DNA of 61,446 nt, the filler included, from Sphacelaria rigidula (taxonomy: Eukaryota), in NCBI GenBank assembly GCA_964200075.2. It is 6 parts of 6 records of this genome, joined end to end, with 100 filler letters (N's around TTAATTAATTAA, not from the genome) between each part and the next. Parts side by side here need not be neighbours in the genome. Positions count along the whole stretch, not along the records: positions 30,775 to 40,932 come from CAXNAA020007016.1; positions 41,033 to 51,189 come from CAXNAA020007017.1; 4 more parts are not named here. One strand, 5' to 3'. The notes below the pieces were generated by a model, which worked only from the letters and a program-made list of their open reading frames with translations, had not been told where the DNA came from and did no database searches. How positions within the stretch are numbered: position 1 is the first letter of the stretch; each line of letters starts with the position of its first letter. The position numbers and the translations under genes are program-made. Shown here in pieces: positions 37,838 through 48,609 of the stretch.

Positions 37838-39060
37838 CGTTACCAGACCTCAAAATCGGCGCCCAAGGCTCCGATTAGGACCAAAACACGTTCTGGGCAA
37901 GTCAGGAGCACTCAGCCGCTCTCAAGATCCGAATATCGGTGTTCAGTCTCCCCTTGTCTTCTTTCGTTTTTACTACTAATTGCTGACTTCCATGCACCCG
38001 TCCCCCCAGGTGGCGTGTTGATGTGTTGTGTTGTTCGTGTGATGCCTAGTATATTCGTACACATGGCTGTGCCCCTAGAGGTAGAAGGGTAGAACCCTGC
38101 GTTTGTTATTGCTATGAATGATTTTCGTAGCCCTGAGGTTGGCTCCCTTTTTGTTTGGCTTCCCGTATTGAGTGGACCAATAGACCCTGCCTCCAGTAGC
38201 CCGAAGGGTCGCATACGGCATCGGAACTTTAGAGTTTTTTTGGCTGTCACCATTCTCGATCTTTACGCAGATCGGGGGGAAAAATCGGGGAACGCATTGT
38301 ACGGACCCCGATCTGGGCAAATCGGGGGAGGAAAAATCGAGGTGTCACGATTTCAGAGCTATTTCTCCCGATTTTTGCGGAAAATGGGGAGAAAACTGAG
38401 GTCTCCCCGATTCTGAGAAGGTGACGTCCGTACATTGACGGGCTATGATAGAGTACGAGGTAGAGCTTGGAAATGGTACTAGTTATAACTGGCCATTATC
38501 ATTATAATGGTAATAATGGTAATGGTCACATGAAAATTTGGATAATGGTTTCAAACAATTATTTACCGTTACCGGCTTTATAAGCTGTTACCGGCTACGC
38601 ATGTTACATACAGCCCTCGAAAATTGGCCCAAAATTAGCGTATTTTTTTAGCCCACGTGAAGCCAAATTGAAATGATTTTGTTCGCTCCTCGTTGTTTTC
38701 GTCGTTTTTATTGTTTTTGTGCAAAATTCGTACATTGAATTCCACGCTTTCATATCTCTTATGCTGCTCGTACCGCCTCTGCGCACTTCAAGAAAAAAGG
38801 ACTGTCGCAGCCGAAAACAGGAAAAGTTATGTATGTCGTGTGTTCTAGACTTGTTGAAAAGACTGCAAATTCGCCGCGCCCCCGCCGAATTGAGACCCCA
38901 ATGGATATTCATATGTGTGGGGGGAAAACGTGGAGTACTCCATCGTACTTCGAGGTATTGTATACCAGAATTACTTAAAGCCCGGTGACGTTTCAACAGG
39001 AGAACAAACACCACGCGTCTGCTTCCGTAAACTGTGCACCTCCTTGAGCTTCGAAACTTG

Positions 39061-39219
39061 AACACCCCCTGTGCAATGCGTGGTGAATATAGTTGCAACA
39101 GAAGATGTACTGCTTAAAGTATAGGCCTATTGCGACTATTGTCGGTCGACAATAGACTGACTCTACGCAGTACATTTTTTGTCTGTTGCAACTATTGACC
39201 GCATGTTCTCCCGGGTGTG
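39061..39219. mobile_element. Palindromic hAT-like MITE, diverged relative of 52372-52541
   Basis: Shares tataggcctattgcgactattgtcgg core; inverted arms atagttgcaacaga / tctgttgcaactat; 8-bp flanks gaaacttg / gaaagttt. Confidence 0.65.
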
Positions 39220-39700
39220 GAAAGTTTTGATCGACATCTACCTTGAAATCCACGCTAACATAATGCCGCGCCGTACGCCCCGCACTCTGGAAGTGGTACC
39301 AAACACCGTTCACCGCAGTGATACCGCGAAAGTCATGCGCCATACCGTATAGTCATTTTCCTAAAGTCGGGTTCCGAGGAAAGCCGTGCATTTATTATTG
39401 AAATAACCTCGCTCACATGAAGCCCGTTTCGTGTGAAACACTAACACACCGTAACACCTATAATAGTTTTACCACAAGAACGCGGTGACGGAAGGACCAC
39501 ACAGGTGGTTTATTTTTAAAAAAATAAGGTAAAACGTAAATAAAAACCAGTCGATACATACATGCTGTAGTGAAATGATACTCGAAAGTTAAATTACCAC
39601 ACCACACAAAGTAGGAATCGCTAACGTTTCGCCGCTTATTTTTTCATCGTTATTGGAATATACACTGAATATATATAGGCGACAAGTGCCTTGAGTAGCC

Positions 39701-39916
39701 ATGGTGCTGGAAGGGAAGACCGGGTCCAGCAGGGTGCAAACCAGACAAGCCAGCGGGAGCGAAGTCGGATTGTTACCGGAGGGAGAAAACGGGGACGGGT
39801 ATGAGGCCGTCTTGGAACCCGAGAGTACATCGCGGGCGCGGTCTGATTCCTCGTCCTCGGATTCTTCTTCGGATTCCTCGTCCTCGGATTCTTCAGTCGA
39901 GAGTCAAGAGGAGGAG
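39701..39916 (+). CDS. Possible first coding exon of an unknown Ser/Glu-rich protein
   Basis: gccATGg start, 72 open codons ending at GAG|GTGAGA donor; no recognisable domain. Confidence 0.35.
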
Positions 39917-40307
39917 GTGAGATTCATTGCGGTTGAGGGTATGGGGGAGGAGGGGGGGAGGGGGTTCCTGTTTTTTGTCTCTTGTCACGTGATGAGTACA
40001 ACATTGAGCGCGCAGGTTCAAAAATAGAAGCTGCTAAACTTATGTCGAAGAACACAAGTCACGTAGGTGACACGAAAACATGGAGAAACGAGTTGTTCGG
40101 TTGTACGGTGTTTTGGCATTTTCCCCACACAGATACTGTCGTCTGCTGGCACAAACTCTTGGGTTCAACCGTGACGTCAACAACAACTCCCTCACGAGAC
40201 TGTGGTTCGAACCCTGGTTGGTTCGTTTCACGATTATATTGCACTGTATTGTCGTACCTAATCTTTGGGTTTGTGAACGGGCTATTTTTGTAACACACAA
40301 ATGTGAG

Positions 40308-40558
40308 CACGTCGGACAGCTCATGAGCTACCTCAAATATCTAATCGAACAGAACTCTCAGATTTATTGTACAAAAACACAAGATACGTGACAGCAGGGT
40401 CGGAGAAGCCAAAGCGTTACCTCCCCGCTACAGGGCGTGCTCGGTGTCCATCGCTGTCGGGAGCTAATACGGATAGTGGCCAAATGAGCTAGGTCATGAT
40501 CCGGATCAGTACTCTAATAAGAAGTAGTATCCAGGTAGCTCATGACCTGTCCGACGTG
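40308..40558. mobile_element. MITE with TIR CACGTCGGACAG(C/G)TCATGAGCTACCT; relative at ~45362-45599
   Basis: 26-bp TIR with 1 mismatch; internal aaaaacacaa...aagccaaagcg...tcatgatccggatcagt shared with 45362-45599. Confidence 0.8.
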
Positions 40559-42014
40559 CGCAATTGTGACCCAATCCGCGGAAACCTTGATGAAAATATC
40601 ACGGGTTGGCATGCGCTCACGAGAGCCTTGTTCGAACCACAGGCTGGTTCGCTGCGGGCCGGCTACTCCGATTACTCCACGATCTAAGTAGTAACGACGG
40701 GGAACGGAAGGGGAAGGTGGGAAAGGCGGAGCAGATGTGTGCGTGTTTTTGTGCATGGGTGGACTTCCCAAACCGTAGTTCCTCCACAAGGACAAGTCGA
40801 GAGGGAGAAGAAAAGAGGGGATAATCAAGAAGAGATGCTCGCACGTATGTACCCCCCCCCCCCCCCCACCTCTCCCCGGCCACCGCGGCGACGCTTCCCC
40901 GTCCCCCCCACGCCCCAAAACGCACCCACCGCNNNNNNNNNNNNNNNNNNNNNNNNNNNNNNNNNNNNNNNNNNNNTTAATTAATTAANNNNNNNNNNNN
41001 NNNNNNNNNNNNNNNNNNNNNNNNNNNNNNNNCGACTTGTACCCTTTCAAGTCATGACACCGACCACGTGGCATTTGGAATAGGAAAGACTAAATCCTGA
41101 AAAGTTGACCATGGTCCACACGTACGTGGTGAAGAGTAAAGTAAAACAAACGTGGGATTTAAGCGTAAACAATCCAGTCGTTCTTGCTTTTACCCCTGAC
41201 TTCTGCTTTTCTCCCCAGAACTCTCCATTAACGGAAACAATATCTGAATATATATATATATATATGCCCTGTGTTCAATCGATGCCTTCTGTGTAGTCAA
41301 CTGTGCTACCGTCGTAGCCTCGAAACGCGACAGCAATATCTATAACACAGCCTCCGCATACAAACCCCAAGCAGTACACGTATCTCGGCACGCAGGCCCC
41401 TTCTCGACGTCCCCTGTATATCTAGACGTCACAAGTCCTGCCTGTACCTGTCGGTGTGTGGTACAGCGCCAGTACAACCTGTGATCGTTCGTTGGCTCGT
41501 CAGTTACAAGCAGAATTCGAAAATACGAAGCCATGCGACCATCGGTCGCATGTTTGATTCAAGGGGGGATACAAATCAATACATCAGACGAGTCACTATT
41601 CCTCGGAACGAGTGCACTCGGATGTTTGTCGTAAATCCAACGAGCAATGACTCGGTGCAGGAGTTGGTCATATTTTCCACAAGGAACAATGACTCGCTGC
41701 TCGGCTCATTCGTTTACGTACAATGAGCAAAGACTCATGTGGTCGAGTCATTACTTTTTTGACAGCGAACAACGATCCCGTGCTGGGGTCATTTGCTTCT
41801 TCTACCAGGAGAAATTTCTTCAGTACTCGCCCAATCAATATCTTCAGAATGAACAATGACTGGAGTGGCCGCCCTATATTTTTGCAGGAACGACCTATGA
41901 ATTCAATACTCACCCAACAATTGAGTTTTTTAGCCACCGAGCGCCCCAAGGAGTGCGAGTGGCGCGCGTCATACTCGTGCTCGCCCGATGTATGGCTGCT
42001 TGGTTCCGGCACGA

Positions 42015-42149
42015 GACACTTTCTACGATACTTCCCTCCACAAAAAGTGCATGGTTTCAGGAGGTGACATCTACGCATAAACCGTCATGGAAAACGCCGG
42101 GCAGAAGAAGCACCTGGAAATTCAAATGCTTGTGGTTTTGTTCGCCCAT
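42015..42149 (+). mobile_element. MITE family B variant, left part (interrupted)
   Basis: gacactttctacgata start plus aaaaagtgcatggttt body. Confidence 0.65.
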
Positions 42150-42660
42150 GAGCAATGCTACGGTAGTGGACACTTTCTACGATAGCCCCTCCCAAAAAAG
42201 TGCATGTTTTTGGGAGGCAAAAGCTCGGCGTAAATTGAAACGGGAAAAGCCGAGCACAACGAGCAGGTGGGAATTCCCACGCTTGCGTTCGCTGTAGCCA
42301 ATGTCGCCAACATGAAGCGCTTCATGCAGCCTCAACACGGACATCACGCGCTGTATGGACATTTTTTTCGTGACACTTTTGAGCTGGTTTGGGGGGGGGT
42401 CTATCGTAGAAATTGTCAGGGGTACCCTGTTTTCGCGACATTTTGTCTACTTCCGGAGCTCCTAACGATTGTAGATGCACAAGAATATGGGTCAGGACAT
42501 CCTCGTTTGCAAATTCATTCGGGATATCCCCAGCACATTGGAGTAGTAATCCTGGCGTACTTTCACATATTTCCATTTGGTCGCGTTTTGCATTCGATAA
42601 AGGGCTCCTAACAGTTCTAACCTCAGAAACTATTTATGCACCCCTAATGTAGCATCACTC
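42150..42660. mobile_element. MITE family A (TIR GAG(C/T)(A/G)ATGCTACGGTAGGGGTGCAC) with a family B element inside its left TIR
   Basis: gagcaatgctacggtagtg|...|aggggtacc... ends cccctaatgtagcatcactc; body matches 44583-44839 and 47647-47885. Confidence 0.8.
42169..42417. mobile_element. MITE family B, complete
   Basis: TIRs gacactttctacgatag / ctatcgtagaaattgtc; 4-bp flanks agtg / aggg. Confidence 0.85.
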
Positions 42661-44582
42661 AAATGGCCTTTTTGCCTAGGTTTAAGCTAGAAGGGGAACA
42701 TAGATGTTCCATTGACAGGGGCATATATAATACATGTACAGGCTTGACACAGCCCAACACAATCAAAAGGTGAAGCTGAGTAACTGATTGCCCCCGCAAG
42801 TCAAAAACACATAGCTCATGCCGTAGCTTCTCATCGGCGGAGCACGTGGTGCGTGACCTTGCACAAGTAAGTCTGTTCAGAAGTCAATGAGAAACGATGG
42901 TTTGTGTGGGACGCGCACGCGAGGGGTCAGCACGCGTTGTAGATGATGCCGATTCGAATTCGAACACGAAGCGAGGACTACCGTTACATCCCGCCAGCTA
43001 TGATGAACAAAACTTGATGTGCCATGAAAGCAGTAGCAGCAGTGTAGAGAGAGGAAAACAACAAGTACAGTTGCGACGATGGGGCATGCGTGCATGATAA
43101 AAAAAGTACACGATTTTATCTAGTGTCTTCCGGTTGTCAAAATGAACATCCATGGTGATGCCGAATCAATTTTCGAATAAAAACAATGCCGATTCCACAA
43201 ATGAACAACAACAGTCGAGGCGGATGACGGCACCCCTGACGGTCGAGGAATTCGCTGAGAAGTTGAGGAAAAAACTTGAAATAGAACACGTCGAAATGCC
43301 ATAACGCCCTAAAGTCATGCAGAACACAGAGCGGAAAGCAACAATACTTCAAAAACAAGGAGAAACATAACACATCCCCCCCTAATGTCCAGCGAAATGC
43401 AAGCGAAGAGGCAACGGCGAAAAACTGTTCTCTAAAATCAAGTAAGAACGAAAGGCTGGCTTCTCAGACCTTCAGAGAACGAAATGACCTTGGAAGAAAC
43501 ATACTCTGTAACCAAGAAAAGGCGAAATGCTGATTCTTCGGGCGTCTAGAGCGAAATGACCCCTGTCTGTAGGAAATGCAAATGACGAAAATTACATTCA
43601 GTAAAACTCTACAGCCAAGCAACGGCGAAATGGTGGCTTCTGGGGCGTCTCGAGAAAAAACGACACGTGTCTGCAGGGATTAGATCAGATGGTAATTGTT
43701 GTGATTGCTATAATTGCTATTTCAAAGATTTTACTGAGCATAAATTGGTTGTTGTCGTTATTGAACATAGCGTTGAATTACGACCGAGGTGACTATGGCT
43801 GTGATCATTTTTGACAATGTGTTCCGAGGATGACCCTTGGAATGTTACGGTCATCAGGGTATTCAAGTTGGACAGGATTGTGATGTATGGTTCATTGATA
43901 CCGTTGGTGCGCCGGGTTCGAGATATCGGTACGGAATCTTAGGCTTCTGCGAGCCCGCCGTGCTTACTGTTCATCCGATCTCTCTAGCAATAACAGATAA
44001 CTGTAGGAGAGAAACTGCTCCAAGCTATACATCAGGGCTTCGGCTTCCTTTGCCAGGGACTCCTGTTGTTGCTGCCTCCGGGTGCTTCAGTCTCCATCGA
44101 ACGATAATGGTGTGAGTGGTTATCCTGTCCTTGGAGTGCGTTTCATCTATGTCGGTTTCAACTTCATTATTTCATCATAACGTGCTCCGCAAATTGAGCC
44201 TAGACCCGATTTGTTTCAGAACAAGCACACAAGAAATAAAGGCTGCGTTCGATTGATCATGAGGGCAATAAAGGTTAGCCAACGCCTTGTTGGGAAATTG
44301 TGTAAAAATGCCAATACGTTGTTCACTGAACATGGTTTTAAGTGTCTGTTGCGTATGTTTCCCTGAGAAATAAAACACAAAATGTCAGCTTCTATTCTGA
44401 GATCTGTATTCAAATGTTGTGATATTCGCATGGCCAACAGTATTACGGAGGGACACGAGTAGTAAAGCTAACGAACAACATGAAAATTGTACACAGTAAC
44501 TGATACACTACTCCACAGTAGTGTTCAACAACCCTATTTTCTCGTCATGAGTCCGTAGTCTAAAGTAATGGATCCATCTCTC

Positions 44583-44839
44583 GAGCAATACTATGGTTGG
44601 GGTGCACCTTTTGCGCGAAATCTTGTCTGGTCAAGGGGCTCCTAACGATTCTAGATGCACAAGAATATGGGTCAGAGCATCCCCGTTTGTAAGTTATTTC
44701 GAGACGTCCCCAGCACATTGGAGTAGTAATCCTGGGGTACTTTCACATACTTTCATAAGTCGAGTTGTACATGAGATAAAGGGCTCCTAACAATTCTAAC
44801 CTCAGAACATATTTGTGCATCCCTACCGTAGCGTCACTC
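44583..44839. mobile_element. MITE family A
   Basis: gagcaatactatggttggggtgcac / gtgcatccctaccgtagcgtcactc; flanks tctc / tccc. Confidence 0.85.
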
Positions 44840-45289
44840 TCCCCTTGTACCAGGCTCACATTCGGCTGTCGATTTTTCGTTGCCATTCTTTTGAAGACGG
44901 AAGCAGATTATGCTCGTTATGATCACGACTTCCCACTTTACATGGCTACGTCGTATTGGTGTACCCGTCAGACCAGCGGGGCTGTCCATCACTGTGGGCT
45001 TTACCGTGTAGGGACAGTGTCTGAGCGAATAATGCAGCCCTATTGTAGGCCATGATTGGGTACTTAGAATGCACTACCTTTTCATGTAGGACACAACTGA
45101 ATCGACGGGGCAACGACTGTTTCGTTCTTCCCAGGTTACATTATTTTGGGGGTGGTATTCGCCGTACGCCGCTTCGGTATTGCAGGTGCCGGTGGTGATC
45201 GGTTGACAGATTGACCGTCGTATATTTACTGATTCGCTACGAACCGGGAGCGCTGAATTATCGTGCAAGTTGCATATGAGATAATATAT

Positions 45290-46015
45290 TTATCTGGGGC
45301 ATCCGTCCGGGACATGAGCAGAGTCATGCTACGGTAGGGATTGCACGTTTGGGCCCAAAACTTTCACACGTCATGATCTGTCTGAAACAATCAATCAAAG
45401 AAGAGACTCTCGAGCCCGTTGGTCCAAAAACACAAAATATATGACCTCGGAGTCAGAAAAGCCAAAGCGCTACCTTTGCACTACTCGGCGTGTTCAGCGT
45501 CCGGCGCCGTAAGGAGCACACATGGATCATGATCCGGATCAGTGTTCTGAGGAGAAGTAATCATTAGACGGCAGAGCATGATCTGCCTAACGTGTGAAAT
45601 CTTTCTCATTCAAGGGCTCCTAAATTTAGGAGCTACACAAGAATATGGGTCAGGACATTCTCGTTTCCAAACTCCATTCAGGATATCTCTAGCCCATTGG
45701 AATGCTCATCGTAGCGTGCTCTCACAAAGTTCATGAGTCGTGATTAGAATGAGAGAGAGAGGGCTCCCAACAATTCGAGCCTCAGAAAATATTCGTGCAC
45801 CCCTTGCCGTAGCACCACTCGACATTTATCTGGGAAATGGATATTCATCTCAAATGTCCATTTGGGGCGTTCATATACCCTAGATGAATGTCCGTGTGCT
45901 AGATAGATATCCCGGAGGAATCCAGCATCCTAGACAGACCTCCCAGACAAATCTGACATCCCAGATATATATGTCAGAGTGACATCAACATCCCAGATGG
46001 ATATCCCAGATGGAG
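45290..46015. repeat. ATCTGGGATATCC-type repeat element, copy 3, interrupted by a family A MITE
   Basis: Degenerate atccc/ggatat motifs on both sides of 45321-45820. Confidence 0.6.
45321..45820. mobile_element. MITE family A with nested CACGT-TIR MITE (~45362-45599)
   Basis: gagtcatgctacggtagggattgcac / gtgcaccccttgccgtagcaccactc; nested tttcacacgt...acgtgtgaaa. Confidence 0.75.
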
Positions 46016-46019
46016 GTTG

Positions 46020-46160
46020 GCATGGTTCTACGATAGAGGTGCACCATTTTTTCTGGGGCTCTGCTCTGTCGGAGCCTCTAGATGACAAACATCTGAGTCT
46101 CAGTGTGCAGACTCAGAAAACGTTTGGATTAAAGAGTGCACCCCTATCGTAGAATCCTTC
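46020..46160. mobile_element. MITE family C (141 bp), 4-bp TSD GTTG
   Basis: gcatggttctacgatagaggtgcac / gtgcacccctatcgtagaatccttc; gttg on both sides. Confidence 0.85.
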
Positions 46161-46926
46161 GTTGCACGACAATGGAAGACCTTATCCAGTACGCCCGTAT
46201 CAGGGCTTCAGGGTATATTTGTTTCAAGTTGGTACATTCCCAATTCTGCTCTCAAAACTCTATTACTCGCTGTTTTCGAGCATCCAAGTATTCTGCTCTC
46301 AAAGCTGTATTACTCGTCGTTTTCGAGCATCTAAGTATTTTCTCAGCTGCTGCCATCTGTACTGTTTCCAACTTCTTCATCAACTTCGCGTTTCCCTCCC
46401 GTACTTCTGCATATTCCAGCTTTGGTACAATCACGTTCATCAGGATATATTTATTGATCCTAGCATCTAGGTGCGAGTCTATGAGGATCACGTCTAACTT
46501 GCCTATCCGTGCCTTACCCTTTTCTATTACTTTACTCATGTGTGCATCCCAAGAACGTTTCTTTTTAGATCTCTACGCCAAGGTATGTATACTGGTCTAC
46601 GATCGGCAGTTCCTCTTCTCTCCACTTTTATTTGAACTCTACCGCGTTTTACTCATCTTCGTTACGTACACAGGTACCGCGCATTTGTTAACGTTCGCTG
46701 TCACTCTCCATTTCCTTTTGCATCTTAGTGTCTTCTCTGTCTGCTTCTGCAATCCTTCAGCTGTTTCTGATATCCCCACGAAATCATTCGCGAACATCAA
46801 ACCTGATATCGTATCTTCCCTCACCTTGGCTTCTTGCTTTGCTACTTTTATTGCTATTATCAGGTCATCAAGAAATACCTTGAATAAGGTGGGTGATAAC
46901 ATACATCCGTGCGCAACTCCTTCTAA

Positions 46927-47405
46927 GGCCGCTTCTTATAGACTGAAAACAATTCTCTCTGAGAAATACCCTTTTGAATCTTTCATCACGGATTATTGAC
47001 GGAACACGGGCCTTGGCGGATTTGGCCTCCTCCGAAAGATTTGCTCTATTTTTCACGAGGATTTCAGAACGCTTGTCCGATATTACGAAGTCCCAGTTTT
47101 ACTCTTGGCCGGATTCTGAATTTTTTCAGTCACCTGAAAAACTTCGAGTTGTCGGCAAAAAGTACGTATTTTTCCCGACAAAGGGATGATTTTCGCGGCG
47201 ACTGAAAAAAATCCAGAATCCGGCCAAGAGTTAAACTGGGAGTACGAAAGATCGGACAAGCGCGCTAGAATCCTCGTGAAAAATAGAGCAAATGTTTCCG
47301 AGGAGGCCAAATCCGCCAAGGCCCGTATTCCGCCAATAATCCGTGGTGAAAGGTTCAAAGGGGCAGTTCTCGGACAGATTTGTTTTCAGTCTATAAGAAG
47401 CGGCC
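46927..47405. mobile_element. PIF/Harbinger-type foldback MITE, TAA TSD
   Basis: Perfect 25-bp TIR ggccgcttcttatagactgaaaaca, whole element palindromic; taa on both sides; removal restores the LINE RT motif. Confidence 0.9.
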
Positions 47406-47646
47406 TAAGATATCGAAATATTTCGATATTTTTCCCGTCTAGCATCATAGCACATTCGGCACACTCTGTCATCTTCACCATTCTCCACGTTTTCCCCCTG
47501 ATGCCAGTTTCCCGCAACTGTTTCCGCAGCCCATTTCTCCATACTGTGTCATGGGTCTTTTGTACCTCCAGAAAGAAACAGCACGTTGTCAGCCCCGCGT
47601 CTTTCCTACCTTGAATAACCTTACACAATGTGTACACATGATCTAC

Positions 47647-47885
47647 GAGTGATGCTACGGTAGGGGTGCACAACTATTCTCTGAGGTTAGAATTGTTAGG
47701 AGCCCCTTTATCTCATGCAAAACACGATCTATGAAAATGTGTGAGAGTACGCCAGGAATACTACTCCAATGTGCTGGGGATATCCCGAATGAATTTGCAA
47801 ACGGGGNNNNNNNNNNGAATCGTTAGGAGCCCCTGAACTAGACATAATTTCGCAAAAAAAGTGCACCCCTACCGTAGCATTGCTC
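47647..47885. mobile_element. MITE family A (inverted orientation), 4-bp TSD CTAC; 10-N internal gap
   Basis: gagtgatgctacggtaggggtgcac / gtgcacccctaccgtagcattgctc; ctac duplicated; removal restores LINE RGCVDHVY. Confidence 0.9.
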
Positions 47886-48609
47886 CTACGCAACCACGGT
47901 CTGGTCTAAAAGTCACGGGTCGGGGGAGGAGGTAGTTGGCGCACGGGTGTTTGTTGCAAAACAAACTCAATCTCGAATATCCTCCGTGTTTTAGCGGAGT
48001 ATTTCGTTACGATTGAGGTGAAAAGTGACACAAAGTAGAAAAGATCGTAGTGACGAATGGACAGAATCATAGAGTCATTAGACAAGGAGATCAAGAGCAA
48101 AATCTCAAGAACTGTAAGGTAGAGTACAAAAGTGTCAGAATAACGAAGAGCAAGGTACAAAGTGCCAAATGTAGAGCCTATAGCATCAAGAGTTTAGACG
48201 TACAGTTGCACGGATACCAATAGTCTATCTACAGATATTACAGCTCAGGACAAACCATCTTGGTTCACTCACCAGAGCTACCCACCTCTACAGGCTTACC
48301 GACTTATTATTTCTCTGTGTTAAGAAGAGAGGAACTGTTTTATTCTGCGTTGGCCACATGAGCGCCTGTGAAAACCATCGACATTTGTTTTTCTCCCTCA
48401 GCACATCAGTAGTAGCTTGGCAGTTACTGTGCACCCTCTGCGGGTTTTTTACTGTGACCGAGACAGTGGAGCTTAGTTCTCTTTGTCAATTGACATAGGT
48501 TGAGCGATCTCCTGTCTGTAGACCAGATGAACACGCATCTCTACATAGCTTAAGCAAAGATAGCCACATGATTTTTCAATGGTGTTATACTGCATCACAC
48601 GCACGCTAC

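Larger units (their letters stand above)
46161..47910 (-). mobile_element. Truncated non-LTR retrotransposon (LINE) RT fragment, interrupted by two MITEs
   Basis: FRPDRGCVDHVYTL...CFFLEVQKTHDTVWRNGL...FDILEGVAHGCMLSPTLFKVFLDDL...GLMFANDFVG...WRVTANVNKCAV...VIVPKLEYA. Confidence 0.9.

Noticed and set aside
43390-44580. Degenerate ggcgaaat/gaaatgac repeats and stop-ridden frames
   Set aside because: Too decayed to assign a family or boundaries
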